A stretch of DNA of 64,000 bases from Verrucomicrobiales bacterium (GTDB lineage Bacteria; Verrucomicrobiota; Verrucomicrobiia; Verrucomicrobiales; SLCJ01), in the NCBI GenBank assembly GCA_046075565.1, contig JBJTQJ010000117.1, forward strand, positions 1-64,000, in the 5' to 3' direction. Both the position numbers and the translations under genes were made by a program. Below the pieces are notes generated by a model that did not search any database, was not told the origin of the DNA, and saw only the letters and a list, made by a program, of their open reading frames with translations. This document shows, one piece after another, positions 9,077 through 20,130 of this stretch. Positions within the stretch are counted from its first letter, which is position 1, and each line of letters begins with the position of its first letter.

Positions 9077-11962
9077 TTACGCGGCTTCTTTCTTCGCTGG
9101 TTCGGCGGCCTGTTTCTTGGCGTCTTCGGCTGGTTTTGCAGCTTCGGCAGGAGTGGTCACGAGAATCGTGCGGGCGCGATCGGCATGCAGATACTTCGCG
9201 GCTATGGCGGTGAGTTCCGCGGCTTTGATGGATGCGTAATCCGCCTGCATTTCTCTCGCCCAATCGAGGACTTCCGGTTTGCTCTGGCTGCGGCCGAGAA
9301 CGGTTTCGAGCCAGTAGCCATTGGAGCGCCTTTGCTGCTCGATTCCGGTCAACAAGGGTTTGAGAGCGCGACCGGTTTCCTCCTCCGTCGCTCCGTTGTT
9401 GGCGAGGTCATCGGCAATGGCGATGATCTTGGCGATCACCTCAGCGCTCTTCGCGGGATCGCCCGGTGAGATGGCCATGATGTTTCCGAAGTCTTTCCAA
9501 GTGTCGCTCGCTTGAGCGCCGGCATGAGGACTATAGGCATCGCCCATTTCCTCACGGATTTTCACACGCAGGCGGTCGCCGAGCACATCGCCGAGCAGGT
9601 TCAGGCGCCGGCTCAACTTGATGTCGCTTCGGTCGGCTGTTGGCCAAATGACCATATTCAAAGCCTTCGGGATCTTGCTCTGATACTCCAAGCGGTGGGC
9701 GCCGGCAGCCAACGCAGGCACAACCTTCGCGTCATCAAGAGCGGGCACCGCGCTTTCACGCACCGGCAGGGCACCGATGGTGGATAGGATAACCGGTTCC
9801 ACGGCAGCGGGGTCGAAATCACCCACGATGGAAACCTCCAGTGCTCCTTTGGCGAACGCCTCCGCAAGCCAGGATTTTACATCATCCGTCTTGTGTTTCG
9901 AGAGTTCTTCCACACCTTCGAGACCGAAACGGGTGTCTCCTCCCATGAGCAAACGTTGGCCACGGGTGCCGAAAACCCCTTGGTCGGTCGTGGACATCTG
10001 CATCCCGAGGATGGGGAGCATGTTGCGGAATTGGCGCTCGGCTTCCGGCCGATATCCTGGATGGAGCAAGGAGGCGCAGAAGAGTTTGAGTTGGAGTTCC
10101 AGATCTTCAGGCCGGGTGCTGCCGGACAGGGCGAACGCGTCGTCCTCGACCGAGAAGGCCACACCCACTTTTTTACCCGCGAAAACGCGTTCCAAATCAT
10201 CCACCGAATGCGCTTCGAGCCCTCCGCCATTCACGACCACGCCGGAGAACATGTCCAAACCGGGTTTGGCTTTGTCCATCGTCAATTTGCCCGCTCCAAA
10301 TCGTCCGAGCATGGAGATTTCGTTTTTCTTGAAGTCGGTGCGCTTGAGATTGACGCGCGTGTTGTTGGAGAGCACGAGTTGCGTGATCCCGAGATCTTCG
10401 ATGGTTTTCTTGGTGACCACGGTCCCGGGTTCGCCGATTGTTTCGTAGGCGAATTTCGCTTCCCCTTTGACTTCGATCGCATCGACTTTGACGGCGATGG
10501 ATTCGCGCCAGGCCGACTCCAGCAATTTCTCACCGTCCTTGATTTCATTCTTGGTGGTGATGGAGACGAAACGGTCGTCACCGGACCACACGTCGCGGAG
10601 CGCGGCGGCGCAAAGCTCGGGTGTGATACCGGGCAGAGCCGCCTTGAACACTGCGAGGTCGCTCTCGGGCGAACTGAACACGCTGTTGTCATTGACACTT
10701 CCGATGATGTCCATGGCGATGGAGTCGGCCTTCTGGGTGGCCTGGGTCTTCACTGCATCCTCGTAGGCCCGCGTGAGATTGGCCGTAGCCTGGGTCAATT
10801 CCGAAGGATTGAACCCGTGATCGAGAGCGCGGCGGAGTTCATGCTCACCGACGGCAAGGGCTTCCTGCCAGCGGTCTTTCGCCGCGGTAACACTCACGCC
10901 GCTGAAGCGCACGAAATCGAGGAAGTCGTTCGAGCTGGCAGTGGCGGTCACGATGGGCGAGCCTTCTTTCTTTGCCAACTCCTCGAAGCGACGGTTGAGC
11001 ATGGCATTGGCCAGTTGCAGGGTGAGCCTGCGGGCGCGCTGGGCGCTTGTATCGGGAACCGCCTGGTAGGACTTCAGGCAGGTGATGTCCACATCGGTGG
11101 ACTTGACCTCGTTATCTTGGAAAACCCTGAAAGTCAGCCCGGTGGGCGTGACTTTTCCAAGTTCCGGATCGGGCGAGCGTTTTTCCAATGGTTTGATGGA
11201 ACCGAAGACGGATTTCACCCTTTCCACCATGGCCGCCGCGTCGAAATCGCCGACCACGACGATGGTCTGACGATCAGGAGTGTAGTAGTGGGTATAGAAA
11301 TCGACGAACAGATCACGTTGTGCTCCCGAGATCACCTCTTCCGTGCCGATGGGGAAACGTTTGGTGATGAGCGACTGCGGCAGGATGGCATCGAATTGTT
11401 TCTCCATGAGCCGCATCTCCACGGAATCCCGCGATTTTTTCTCCGCGAGGATCACACCCCGCTCTTTTTCGATCTCCTCGGCGGGCAGGGTCATGCCAGC
11501 CGCCCAATCCCGCATCACTTTGAAGCATTTGTCGATGGTCTCGTTGTCGTTCTTCGGCAGATCGAGCATGTAAACCGTCTGGTCGAAGGAAGTGAAAGCA
11601 TTCAGGTCGGCGCCGAAGGCAATACCGAGATTCTGCAGAATGGCCACCAGTTCATCGGGTTTGAAGTTTTCCGACCCGTTGAAAGCCATGTGTTCGAGGA
11701 AGTGGGCGAGTCCCCTTTGCTCTTCACGTTCATTCAGCGAACCAGCGTGGACGTGCATGCGCAAACTGAGGCGACCCGGGGGTTCGGTGTGGCGCATGAC
11801 CGCGTAACGCAGCCCATTCTCCAGTTTTCCCCAAAGGACATCGGGATGCGCCGGAATATCGGATTTCTCATGGGCGAAAGGCGGTGCAGCCGGCGCTGCA
11901 GAGACGGAAAGAGGCAGCACGAGACCGGCCGCGAGGGTGGTGAAAAGTGGGAAAATTCGCAT
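9077..11962 (-). CDS. Periplasmic M16 zinc peptidase (PqqL-like)
   Basis: Signal peptide; inverted zincin [16 protein letters not shown]; four-domain length of 961 aa. Confidence 0.93.
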   Translation of the reverse strand: MRIFPLFTTLAAGLVLPLSVSAAPAAPPFAHEKSDIPAHPDVLWGKLENGLRYAVMRHTEPPGRLSLRMHVHAGSLNEREEQRGLAHFLEHMAFNGSENFKPDELVAILQNLGIAFGADLNAFTSFDQTVYMLDLPKNDNETIDKCFKVMRDWAAGMTLPAEEIEKERGVILAEKKSRDSVEMRLMEKQFDAILPQSLITKRFPIGTEEVISGAQRDLFVDFYTHYYTPDRQTIVVVGDFDAAAMVERVKSVFGSIKPLEKRSPDPELGKVTPTGLTFRVFQDNEVKSTDVDITCLKSYQAVPDTSAQRARRLTLQLANAMLNRRFEELAKKEGSPIVTATASSNDFLDFVRFSGVSVTAAKDRWQEALAVGEHELRRALDHGFNPSELTQATANLTRAYEDAVKTQATQKADSIAMDIIGSVNDNSVFSSPESDLAVFKAALPGITPELCAAALRDVWSGDDRFVSITTKNEIKDGEKLLESAWRESIAVKVDAIEVKGEAKFAYETIGEPGTVVTKKTIEDLGITQLVLSNNTRVNLKRTDFKKNEISMLGRFGAGKLTMDKAKPGLDMFSGVVVNGGGLEAHSVDDLERVFAGKKVGVAFSVEDDAFALSGSTRPEDLELQLKLFCASLLHPGYRPEAERQFRNMLPILGMQMSTTDQGVFGTRGQRLLMGGDTRFGLEGVEELSKHKTDDVKSWLAEAFAKGALEVSIVGDFDPAAVEPVILSTIGALPVRESAVPALDDAKVVPALAAGAHRLEYQSKIPKALNMVIWPTADRSDIKLSRRLNLLGDVLGDRLRVKIREEMGDAYSPHAGAQASDTWKDFGNIMAISPGDPAKSAEVIAKIIAIADDLANNGATEEETGRALKPLLTGIEQQRRSNGYWLETVLGRSQSKPEVLDWAREMQADYASIKAAELTAIAAKYLHADRARTILVTTPAEAAKPAEDAKKQAAEPAKKEAA

Positions 11963-12082
11963 GTTGGTTGTAGAAGCGCCGACCGAGGCGCCGATTGTCG
12001 GGGATTCTCCGCCAGAAGTCGGACTCCGGCAAGCGGGCGTTCGTGGGCTTGCCCCAATTGGCGGACCGGGCTAGGTTTTAAT

Positions 12083-13186
12083 ATGGCAAAAATTCTGGTC
12101 GGCCTCTCTGGCGGCGTGGACAGCAGTGTGGCGGCGGCCCTGCTGGCCGAACAGGGGCATGAGGTGACCGGGGCCTACATGAAAAACTGGATCAACGAGG
12201 AGAATATCGCCGGTCATTGCCCGTGGATGGAGGATATCGAAGATGCACGTCGGGTCGCGGACAAACTCGGCATCGGCTTTGAAGTGGTCAATCTCATGCG
12301 CGATTACCGGGAGCGGGTCGTGCGATATTTGCTCGAAGGCTACGCTGAGGGAGTGACGCCCAATCCGGATGTGATGTGCAACCGCGAGATGAAGTTCGGA
12401 GTCTTTCTTGAGCACGCACTGGCGCATGGATACGAAGGCGTCGCCACCGGTCACTATGCCCGCATCGCCCGGGGCGAAGAAAGCCCTACCCGGCTTCTAC
12501 GGGGACGCGATCCGGGCAAGGACCAGAGTTACTTTCTCGCGCTCCTGCAAGCCCATCAGGTCGAGAAAGCGTGGTTTCCGGTCGGGGACTTGCTCAAGGC
12601 CGAAGTGCGGGACCTTGCCAAGAGATTCGATCTGCCCAACGCCACGAAAAAAGACAGTCAGGGGATCTGCTTCATTGGTGAGGTGAAAATGCGCGATTTC
12701 CTCCGCGCGTTTGTCGCGGATCAACCGGGGGAAATTGTAACCACCGATGGAAAGGTCGTCGGACAGCATGAAGGCCTGCACCTTTATACCCTTGGTCAGC
12801 GAAAAGGCCACGGCATCGCATCACCGATCCATCGCCTTGCCTACGTCGTGGTCGGCAAAGACGCCGCCCGCAACCGGCTGATCGTCGGATATGATTCCCA
12901 AGATACGCCGGGTCTCTATGCGACTTCCTGCCGGCTCTCCCACCTTTCCTGGGCCGGCCCCGTCCTTGCGCCCGGTTGCGCCCATCGGGTGAGCGCCCAA
13001 CCCCGATACCGGAATCCCGCGCCATCGGCCACGCTCTCCATTGATGAAGATGGCGAACAAGCCACGCTGGTTTACGACGAACCCCAGAGGGCCTTGACAC
13101 CCGGCCAGATCTGCGCCCTCTACGACTTGGAAACGAACGAAACCCTCCTCGGAGGCGCCGTCTTCGCCAGCATCGAAAACCAGTAA
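12083..13186 (+). CDS. mnmA: tRNA-specific 2-thiouridylase
   Basis: [40 protein letters not shown]; true start is ATG 12083. Confidence 0.97.
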   Translation: MAKILVGLSGGVDSSVAAALLAEQGHEVTGAYMKNWINEENIAGHCPWMEDIEDARRVADKLGIGFEVVNLMRDYRERVVRYLLEGYAEGVTPNPDVMCNREMKFGVFLEHALAHGYEGVATGHYARIARGEESPTRLLRGRDPGKDQSYFLALLQAHQVEKAWFPVGDLLKAEVRDLAKRFDLPNATKKDSQGICFIGEVKMRDFLRAFVADQPGEIVTTDGKVVGQHEGLHLYTLGQRKGHGIASPIHRLAYVVVGKDAARNRLIVGYDSQDTPGLYATSCRLSHLSWAGPVLAPGCAHRVSAQPRYRNPAPSATLSIDEDGEQATLVYDEPQRALTPGQICALYDLETNETLLGGAVFASIENQ

Positions 13187-13204
13187 ATCCCGCCGATTCC
13201 TCCC

Positions 13205-13684
13205 ATGCCACTGATTGCCATCGCAGCCTGCGACCCCGATCGGGTGATCGGACGCGATGGCCAATTGCCCTGGCACCTGCCGGAGGATCTGAAACTCTTC
13301 AAAAGGATCACCCTCGGGCACCCGGTGGCCATGGGCCGGCGCACTTGGGAATCCCTGCCCCGTCGTCCTCTGCCCGGCCGTGACAATATCGTTTTCAGCC
13401 GCAACCTGACCGACCCGGGGGCCATTGTTCTCAAGGATGCCGGGCAACTCGCCGCGATGATTGGTGACCGCGACGCTTACTTGATTGGCGGTGCGGCCTT
13501 ATACACCGCCCTCCTTCCTTTCTGCACGTCGCTCATTCTCACCCATGTCCACGAGCGCCATCCGGGTGACGTTTATTTCCCGGAATATGAGCGATCCTTT
13601 GTCGCGGAAGAAATCTTGCTTGAGACAAATGAGTTTCATACGATACGCTATCGGAACCTCGACCCACTCGCCCTTCCGGTCTGA
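13205..13684 (+). CDS. folA: Dihydrofolate reductase
   Basis: IGRDGQLPWHLPEDL, MGRRTWES, LPGRDNIV, IGGA, GDVYFP. Confidence 0.96.
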   Translation: MPLIAIAACDPDRVIGRDGQLPWHLPEDLKLFKRITLGHPVAMGRRTWESLPRRPLPGRDNIVFSRNLTDPGAIVLKDAGQLAAMIGDRDAYLIGGAALYTALLPFCTSLILTHVHERHPGDVYFPEYERSFVAEEILLETNEFHTIRYRNLDPLALPV

Positions 13685-13767
13685 ACCGCCATGGAATCCT
13701 CATCCAATTCCTTCCCCGGAAATCATAAACACATCCCGGCTTCGCTGCCGCCCCCGCCGCCACGCCC

Positions 13768-14031
13768 ATGCCAACGGCACCGGCGCCCGGTTCACCCAGG
13801 TTGCTTCGTTTCACCTGCCCGGCTTGTTTCGCCTACCTCGAATTGGACCCCGCGGCTCCCTATCACGGCCAGCCCGCGCCTTGTCCGATGTGCCAGACGG
13901 TCATCCTTCCGCCAATGGTGTTCCCCTTGGGAGCCCGCACCACGCCTCTGGAGGAACCCCAGCCCGTGCGCGTAGAACCAAAACGCGAAAACATGACCAT
14001 CGAATTCAAACGCCGCCGCCGCGACGGCTAA
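13768..14031 (+). CDS. Small zinc-ribbon protein
   Basis: Two CxxC knuckles (FTCPAC...PCPMCQ). Confidence 0.6.
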   Translation: MPTAPAPGSPRLLRFTCPACFAYLELDPAAPYHGQPAPCPMCQTVILPPMVFPLGARTTPLEEPQPVRVEPKRENMTIEFKRRRRDG

Positions 14032-14075
14032 CCGGAGAAAGATTCAAACGTTCACGTCCGTAATCACCCACCACC

Positions 14076-15086
14076 ATGAAAACCTGGCATTACCTAACTC
14101 CATCGCGCAGCAGCGCCACCGTGCAAGAAGAAGGCCTCGACGAACTCGTCGTTTCCGGCCAATTGACCCCGCAATCCATGGTCTGGACCGACGGCATGGC
14201 CGACTGGCAACCTGCCTCGGCCGTCCTCCCACAGATCTTCAACCGCAACGGAGCACCACCACCCATTCCGGCCGGCAATCCTCCCCCGACTCCCGGTCGC
14301 CGCTCCCATGAAGTGGACTTCGAAATCATCGGCGACGACCTCCAGATGATCGAAATCGAACTAGATCCCGGTGAAACGGTGATCGCCGAAGCCGGTGCCA
14401 TGAACTATATGGACGATGGCATCGCCTTCGAGACGAAGATGGGCGATGGCTCCACCCCCGACAGCGGCTTCATGGGCAAACTCATGCAAGTGGGCAAACG
14501 TATGATCACCGGCGAGTCCCTGTTCATGACCCATTTTACCAACCGCGGGCAGGGCAAACGCCGCGTCGCCTTCGCCGCCCCCTACCCCGGCAGCATCATT
14601 CCGGTCGATCTACCCTCGGTCGGCGGAACCTTGCTTTGCCAGAAGGACGCATTTCTCTGCGCCGCGATGGGCACACAGCTCGGCATCGCCTTCAACAAAC
14701 GCATCGGCGCGGGCTTTTTCGGAGGAGAAGGCTTCATCCTCCAGAAACTCCAGGGCGACGGCATGGCTTTCGTGCACGCCGGTGGAACCATCGTGCGCAA
14801 GGAACTGCAAGGTGAAAAGATCCTCGTCGATACCGGTTGTCTCGTCGCCTTCACCCAGGGCATCGACTATGACATCGAACGCGCGGGCAACCTCAAGAGT
14901 ATGATCTTCGGCGGCGAGGGATTGTTCCTCGCCACCCTGCAAGGACACGGCACGGTCTGGTTGCAAAGCCTGCCCCTCTCGCGTCTGGCCAACCGCATCA
15001 TCGGCTCGGCCAGCGCCCATGGCGGCAAGTCAACCGGCGAAGGTTCGGTGCTTGGCGGTCTCAGCACCCTTTTCGAGAATCGTTAA
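14076..15086 (+). CDS. TIGR00266/AIM24-family protein with N-terminal GYF_2-like domain
   Basis: [12 protein letters not shown] (GYF_2-like), Pro linker, [30 protein letters not shown]. Confidence 0.88.
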   Translation: MKTWHYLTPSRSSATVQEEGLDELVVSGQLTPQSMVWTDGMADWQPASAVLPQIFNRNGAPPPIPAGNPPPTPGRRSHEVDFEIIGDDLQMIEIELDPGETVIAEAGAMNYMDDGIAFETKMGDGSTPDSGFMGKLMQVGKRMITGESLFMTHFTNRGQGKRRVAFAAPYPGSIIPVDLPSVGGTLLCQKDAFLCAAMGTQLGIAFNKRIGAGFFGGEGFILQKLQGDGMAFVHAGGTIVRKELQGEKILVDTGCLVAFTQGIDYDIERAGNLKSMIFGGEGLFLATLQGHGTVWLQSLPLSRLANRIIGSASAHGGKSTGEGSVLGGLSTLFENR

Positions 15087-15259
15087 GCGGATGGGTTTCT
15101 CATGCTCCCCGACTCCGTGGCGATTGTCAGACGGCACACGGGGCGGGAAGCAAGCGTTCGGCCCATTGGCCCGCCGCCGAATTCGCGGGGTTTTTTGCAG
15201 GATATGCGGAGATTCAGGTCCGGATTTATGTAAAGTCTAGGCAACCAAACGGTCCCCCC

Positions 15260-16321
15260 ATGGTTGCCCCCGGTCCGGCCTTTGATTTCGACGCGCGCCC
15301 GTTCATTCTCTTCTGGGAAGTGACCCGCGCCTGCGCCCTCGCCTGTCGCCACTGCCGGGCGACCGCTGTTCCGCGTGCCGATCCGCAGGAATTGAACCAC
15401 TCCGAGTCGCTCGACCTGATTGATCAAGTCGCCGAACTCCGCCCGAACATGTTCGTGTTGACTGGCGGGGATCCCATGCTGCGGAAAGATTTACCCGCGG
15501 TCATTGAACACGCGGCCGGGCATCACGGGCTTCATGTTTCCCTGAGTCCATCCGCAACGCCCTTGCTCCTGCGCGCGGACTTCGCGGCCCTCAAGGCATC
15601 CGGAATCCAGCGCATGTCGCTCAGCCTTGATGGCGCGACAAAGGAAACGCACGATGGATTCCGCGGCCTGACCGGCATCTTCGAACGCACCCTGCGGGCC
15701 GTCGAGATGGCCCATGCCGCGGACTTGCCGCTGCAGATCAACACGACCATCCACAAGCGCAACTTGCACGAGTTCGAAGCCTTCGCCGATCTGATGCGCG
15801 AGCTGCGCCCGGCCATATGGAGTGTCTTTCTCATTGTTCCCACAGGGCGCGCAGGCCTCGAGGACCTGCCCACGGCGGAAGAGATCGAGCAAGTCTTCGA
15901 GAAGCTTCATCGTGTGGCCATGGATGCTCACTTCGAGGTCAAGACAACCGAAGGCCACCATTACCGGCGCATCGTCGTGCAGAAGGAATGTTCAGCCGGG
16001 CGCATGACCAAACGTGCGCCTCTCGGAATCCGCGATGGTCGCGGCGTGGCCTTCATTTCCCATACCGGTGCGATCAGTCCGAGCGGATTCCTGCCCATCG
16101 AAGCGGCCAATACCCGCACCGATTCACTGGTCGATGTCTATCGTTATCATCCCCTCCTCCGCAACCTGCGCGACCATGACCGTCTGCAAGGCAAATGCGG
16201 GGTCTGCGAGTTCCGTTCGATCTGCGGCGGCTCACGCGCCCGTGCCCTCTCGGTTTATGGCAGCGTCTTCGCGGAGGAACCCCTTTGTTCCTACCAACCC
16301 CGAGCCCTCACCCCCGCATGA
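15260..16321 (+). CDS. Radical SAM/SPASM protein, AhbD/NirJ2-like
   Basis: WEVTRACALACRHCRA, TGGDP, SPASM GKCGVCEFRSICGGSRARA..EEPLC. Confidence 0.85.
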   Translation: MVAPGPAFDFDARPFILFWEVTRACALACRHCRATAVPRADPQELNHSESLDLIDQVAELRPNMFVLTGGDPMLRKDLPAVIEHAAGHHGLHVSLSPSATPLLLRADFAALKASGIQRMSLSLDGATKETHDGFRGLTGIFERTLRAVEMAHAADLPLQINTTIHKRNLHEFEAFADLMRELRPAIWSVFLIVPTGRAGLEDLPTAEEIEQVFEKLHRVAMDAHFEVKTTEGHHYRRIVVQKECSAGRMTKRAPLGIRDGRGVAFISHTGAISPSGFLPIEAANTRTDSLVDVYRYHPLLRNLRDHDRLQGKCGVCEFRSICGGSRARALSVYGSVFAEEPLCSYQPRALTPA

Positions 16322-17526
16322 TCAACCTAACCCGCCTGCTCACCGGCCACGTCCAACCCGCCGACAATCTCCGCTACGGACACGGCCAGGGAGCACCCGC
16401 GTCCGCGCGCACCCGCCGTCCGATTGTCGTCTGGAATATCACCCGCACCTGCAATCTTCGCTGCATCCATTGTTACAGCGATTCCGAAGCGAAAGCCTAC
16501 ACAGGCGAACTCGATTGGGACCAGATGAAAGCGGTGGTTGAGGCTCTCGCGGCCTATGAAGTACCGGGTCTGCTGCTTTCCGGAGGCGAACCGACCGTGC
16601 ATCCGCGTTTCGCCGATTTGTTGGAAATGGCGACCGGCTCCGGGCTCAAGATCACCATCTCGACCAATGGCACGCGCATCGACGCACCCATGGCCGAGAA
16701 CTTCAAAAAGCTTGGCGTCGCCTACGTGGGCATATCACTCGACGGTATCGGGGAAACCCACGACCATTTCCGCGGCAAACAAGGCGCTTTCGACACCGCC
16801 GTGCGAGGATTCCGCCACTGTCATGCCGCCGGGCAAAAAACCGGACTGCGGCTCACCCTGACCCGCCATAATGTGGAGAACCTTGAGCGGATTCTTGATT
16901 TCATCGAGGAGGAGGATATCCAGCGTTCCTCTTTCTACCATCTTGTCCCGGCCGGACGCGGCAGCGGTTTGCAAGTGCTTGATTCCACCACTTCCCGCAA
17001 AGCGCTTGATACCCTCATTGCTCGGGTCGAAGCCTGGCATCGTGCCGGCATCCACCGCGAATTGCTCACCGTGACCCAACCCACCGACGGCCCCTATCTG
17101 CTTTTGCGCATGGAGCGCGACAACCACCCGGCCATCGAAGATGCACGTCGTCTGTTAGGCTGGAATGGTGGGGGCGCCCACTCGTCCGGCACCGGCATCG
17201 CCAATAATGATCCGAATGGCGATGTGCATCCCGATCAGTTTTGGCACAACATCCTCCTCGGCAATGTGAAGCGGACGCCATTCAGTAGCATCTGGGACGG
17301 CCGGGCCGAAGGAGCCGAATACCTCGAACAGATCCGCAGCTTGGGCAAACTCGACGATTCCGGCCGCCGCGCTCTCATGCACGGGTGGTGTTCCGATTGC
17401 CGGTTCTTTCCCATTTGCGGCGGCGGTTTCCGCACCCGCGCGGCTTTCGCGACCGGCGATCTCTGGGGCTCCGATCCCGGATGTTACCTGCTCGACGATG
17501 AAATCGCTCCCGCCAATGCCGTCTGA
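16318..17526 (+). CDS. Radical SAM/SPASM protein, AhbC/NirJ1-like
   Basis: PIVVWNITRTCNLRCIHCY, SGGEP, FYHLV, VHPDQFW, CGGGFRTRA..DPGCYL; ATG 16318 overlaps the upstream stop (ATGA). Confidence 0.85.
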   Translation: MINLTRLLTGHVQPADNLRYGHGQGAPASARTRRPIVVWNITRTCNLRCIHCYSDSEAKAYTGELDWDQMKAVVEALAAYEVPGLLLSGGEPTVHPRFADLLEMATGSGLKITISTNGTRIDAPMAENFKKLGVAYVGISLDGIGETHDHFRGKQGAFDTAVRGFRHCHAAGQKTGLRLTLTRHNVENLERILDFIEEEDIQRSSFYHLVPAGRGSGLQVLDSTTSRKALDTLIARVEAWHRAGIHRELLTVTQPTDGPYLLLRMERDNHPAIEDARRLLGWNGGGAHSSGTGIANNDPNGDVHPDQFWHNILLGNVKRTPFSSIWDGRAEGAEYLEQIRSLGKLDDSGRRALMHGWCSDCRFFPICGGGFRTRAAFATGDLWGSDPGCYLLDDEIAPANAV

Positions 17527-17592
17527 TATCGGGGCAAACCGGGACAGACCGTCGTGGTGGCGTTCCGCTTGCCCGCTCCTCGTGCAGTTTGC

Positions 17593-18441
17593 TTAATCGG
17601 GCGGGGAAGCAGAAAAGCGCTCGTCCAGCCAGCGGTTCACGTTTTCCAGGAAGCGGCCTTCGAGCACACCGCAGTGACCGATTCCATCGAGGATGACCAA
17701 TTCCACGGGTCCGGCGGCGGCGGCGCGGAGTTGAGTGCTCATCGAAGCTGGAATGAGTTTGTCTTCGCCGCCATGGACAAGCAGGACTGGAACTTGCAAT
17801 TGCCGGAGGGCCGAGAGGTTGTCGAACCGGTCGCGCACAAGAAACCCGGGAGCCAGCCGCCGCCGGGCCATCGCCTCAACGCTCGTGTAGGATGCGACCA
17901 GAATCACGCCCGCGAATTTCCCCTCCGTTGCCAAGGTGGTGGCCACTCCAGAGCCGAGGGAAACCCCCAAGCCGATAATTGGTCCTTTCGCCTCGTCCTT
18001 CACTGCCACCAAGGCTTCACGGGCTTGGGCCAACATTCCTTCGCGGTTGGGCGGTCCCGGCACTCCACCGTAGCCGGGATATTCGGTGAGCAGCACCCCG
18101 TAGCCCATTTCCTTCCACACCGTGGCCAATTCCCACCAGTCCTCGATCAATTCCCCATTGCCATGGTAAATCGCCAGAACAGGATCTCCTTCCTTACCGG
18201 CAAACCACCAGGCTTTTCCCCCGCCGGAGAGTTGGAGGACTCGACCGCCGGACATCTGCAATTCGGCCGCAGACACATCCGGAGCCGTCCGAAACTGTCC
18301 GGGGAAGACCACCGAGCGCTGGAAGACCAACAGGAGGATCAGATACAACAAATAAAGCCGCCCTAGCCTGAAAAACCAGAGCCGCCAGCGCGAACGCGGG
18401 CGGCTATTCTTTGTTTCGGACGATGCCGGGGAATCCATCAC
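17593..18441 (-). CDS. Membrane-anchored alpha/beta hydrolase
   Basis: N-terminal TM, HGNGE, EYPGYG, GVSLG nucleophile elbow, HGGED, GH. Confidence 0.88.
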   Translation of the reverse strand: MMDSPASSETKNSRPRSRWRLWFFRLGRLYLLYLILLLVFQRSVVFPGQFRTAPDVSAAELQMSGGRVLQLSGGGKAWWFAGKEGDPVLAIYHGNGELIEDWWELATVWKEMGYGVLLTEYPGYGGVPGPPNREGMLAQAREALVAVKDEAKGPIIGLGVSLGSGVATTLATEGKFAGVILVASYTSVEAMARRRLAPGFLVRDRFDNLSALRQLQVPVLLVHGGEDKLIPASMSTQLRAAAAGPVELVILDGIGHCGVLEGRFLENVNRWLDERFSASPPD

Positions 18442-19937
18442 TTCTCGCCGCCGGTGCCGGGCAGGAAGCGGTAGTAGGCTTCGAGACTGAGGGTATTCAA
18501 GCAGAGACGGTAAATATCGGCGTCGCGACCACCGGCAGATGTTGACTGCGCCCCTTTGCCGAAGTTGCCTTCCTGTTTGTAGGTTCCGTCTTCATTCTGA
18601 TTGGTCAGCAGTTGATCCCGCCATTTCTTGTTCCACCGGTCCCAACTGGAACCGCCCTTTTGGAAAAGGGACAGGGTGGTGTAATACCATGCGTAGAGAT
18701 TGCAGGTCGGGGAATTGTAAACCGGCTCCATTTCTTTCGTCATCCAGCGGATGGCCTCGCGAGCCGGGCGGCTGTTTTCTTTGCCCCACATTTGGAAACA
18801 AAGGGCGCCGACGCCGACCAGTCGCTGCCCCGTGCTGCCTTTGCCCGTGTAACCGAAGGTTCCATCCTCGGCTTGGATTTCTTCGAGACGTTTGAGCGCA
18901 CGATCCACGGCCTTCTCGATGTCTTTTTTCTCGAATCCCGCGTGGGACGCGGCCTTGAGCGCCTGCACTTGCCAGCCGAGCACAGAGGTGTCGCCGGGGC
19001 GGCTGCTGGCCTTGTTGTAGTCATAGTCCCACGAACCACTCGGGTGCTGTCCATTCAGAATCATCTGCACGGCCTGGTTGCAGACCTCCTGCAGATTCGG
19101 GAAATCCATCTTCAATTCCTTCACGAAGGTGAGAGCTTCACAGAGGGCATAGGTGCCGATCCCGTGCTCATAGACCCAGCTATGGCCTCCGGACAAGGAG
19201 ATCTTGCCTTTCTGACTATTGCCCGTGTTGACAAGGAACGTGATGGCCTTGGTGACAGTCTCGCCATACTCCTGCGACTTCGGGGTTTCGCAGTGGCCCA
19301 GGAATGCGAGCAGGGCAAGGCCGGTCATCGACGCCTTGTATTGGTTTCCCCAAGAGCCGTCGGAATTCTGGTTCGCCTTCAGCCAACGCAGCGAGCGCAC
19401 GACCGCGGCTTCACATTCCTCATTTCCTCCGCCCTCGCGCAAACGCTTGAGGCGTTCCTGCGGTGTGCAACGACCTTTCATCGAGCCGGGCAATCCACCG
19501 AGACCGCCTTGGCCATCGCCCAAGCCGGAGCCGCCGAAGCCCATGCCAAGGCTCGTGCCCATGCCGATGTCGGCAATGGTGCTCTCCACCGGCTGCGTGG
19601 GGGTGAAAACGGTCGCCGTGGCGGAGTGGGTGGTGATGAGTTTGGCGCTGGAAGACGGAGACGAAGGCTTCGATTTCACCGTTTGTTGGGTGACCACCGG
19701 GGTCTCGATCGTGCCTTCGGTCGGAGCGAGGCTTTTCGCCTGAATCTCGGGAACGTCCTGCTGCAGAGCGGGCAAAATGATCAGAGTTAGAATCAAAACG
19801 GCAATGACATGCACCACAATCGTGATGACGACGGCAGACAATTTCCCGGCTTTTTCGCGTTTGCGGCGGATGGCATCGGCCTGCGCTAGGTTGTAGTGGG
19901 CGACTTCTTCGGCGTTATGGTATTGTTCCTGGTCCAT
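18438..19937 (-). CDS. Membrane-anchored prenyltransferase/squalene oxidase repeat protein (paralog 1)
   Basis: TM helix, low-complexity linker, QW-like repeats (NQNSDGSW, QHPSGSW, NQNEDG), MTGLALLAFLG, YYRFLP; start may be 19964. Confidence 0.85.
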   Translation of the reverse strand: MDQEQYHNAEEVAHYNLAQADAIRRKREKAGKLSAVVITIVVHVIAVLILTLIILPALQQDVPEIQAKSLAPTEGTIETPVVTQQTVKSKPSSPSSSAKLITTHSATATVFTPTQPVESTIADIGMGTSLGMGFGGSGLGDGQGGLGGLPGSMKGRCTPQERLKRLREGGGNEECEAAVVRSLRWLKANQNSDGSWGNQYKASMTGLALLAFLGHCETPKSQEYGETVTKAITFLVNTGNSQKGKISLSGGHSWVYEHGIGTYALCEALTFVKELKMDFPNLQEVCNQAVQMILNGQHPSGSWDYDYNKASSRPGDTSVLGWQVQALKAASHAGFEKKDIEKAVDRALKRLEEIQAEDGTFGYTGKGSTGQRLVGVGALCFQMWGKENSRPAREAIRWMTKEMEPVYNSPTCNLYAWYYTTLSLFQKGGSSWDRWNKKWRDQLLTNQNEDGTYKQEGNFGKGAQSTSAGGRDADIYRLCLNTLSLEAYYRFLPGTGGEK

Positions 19938-20130
19938 GGGTCGGTGCAATGTAGGGATTATCACGGCCAGAACCGGGGTGTAAAGCCGAATTCTTCCGAT
20001 TCATTCACCTCTGGAACGATTTTCCAGGCCATTTTGTTGGCGGTTTTTGCTAAAAATCCCGACTTCTGACCATGCCAAGAAAGAAACAGTGTTTTATTTA
20101 ACTTGGAATGAACCGAACCGCGCGGGTCGA

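Noticed and set aside
9893-13186. 1097-aa ORF suggesting a giant MnmA fusion
   Set aside because: The first 730 codons are mostly the antisense shadow of the M16 peptidase; MnmA motifs begin at ATG 12083.
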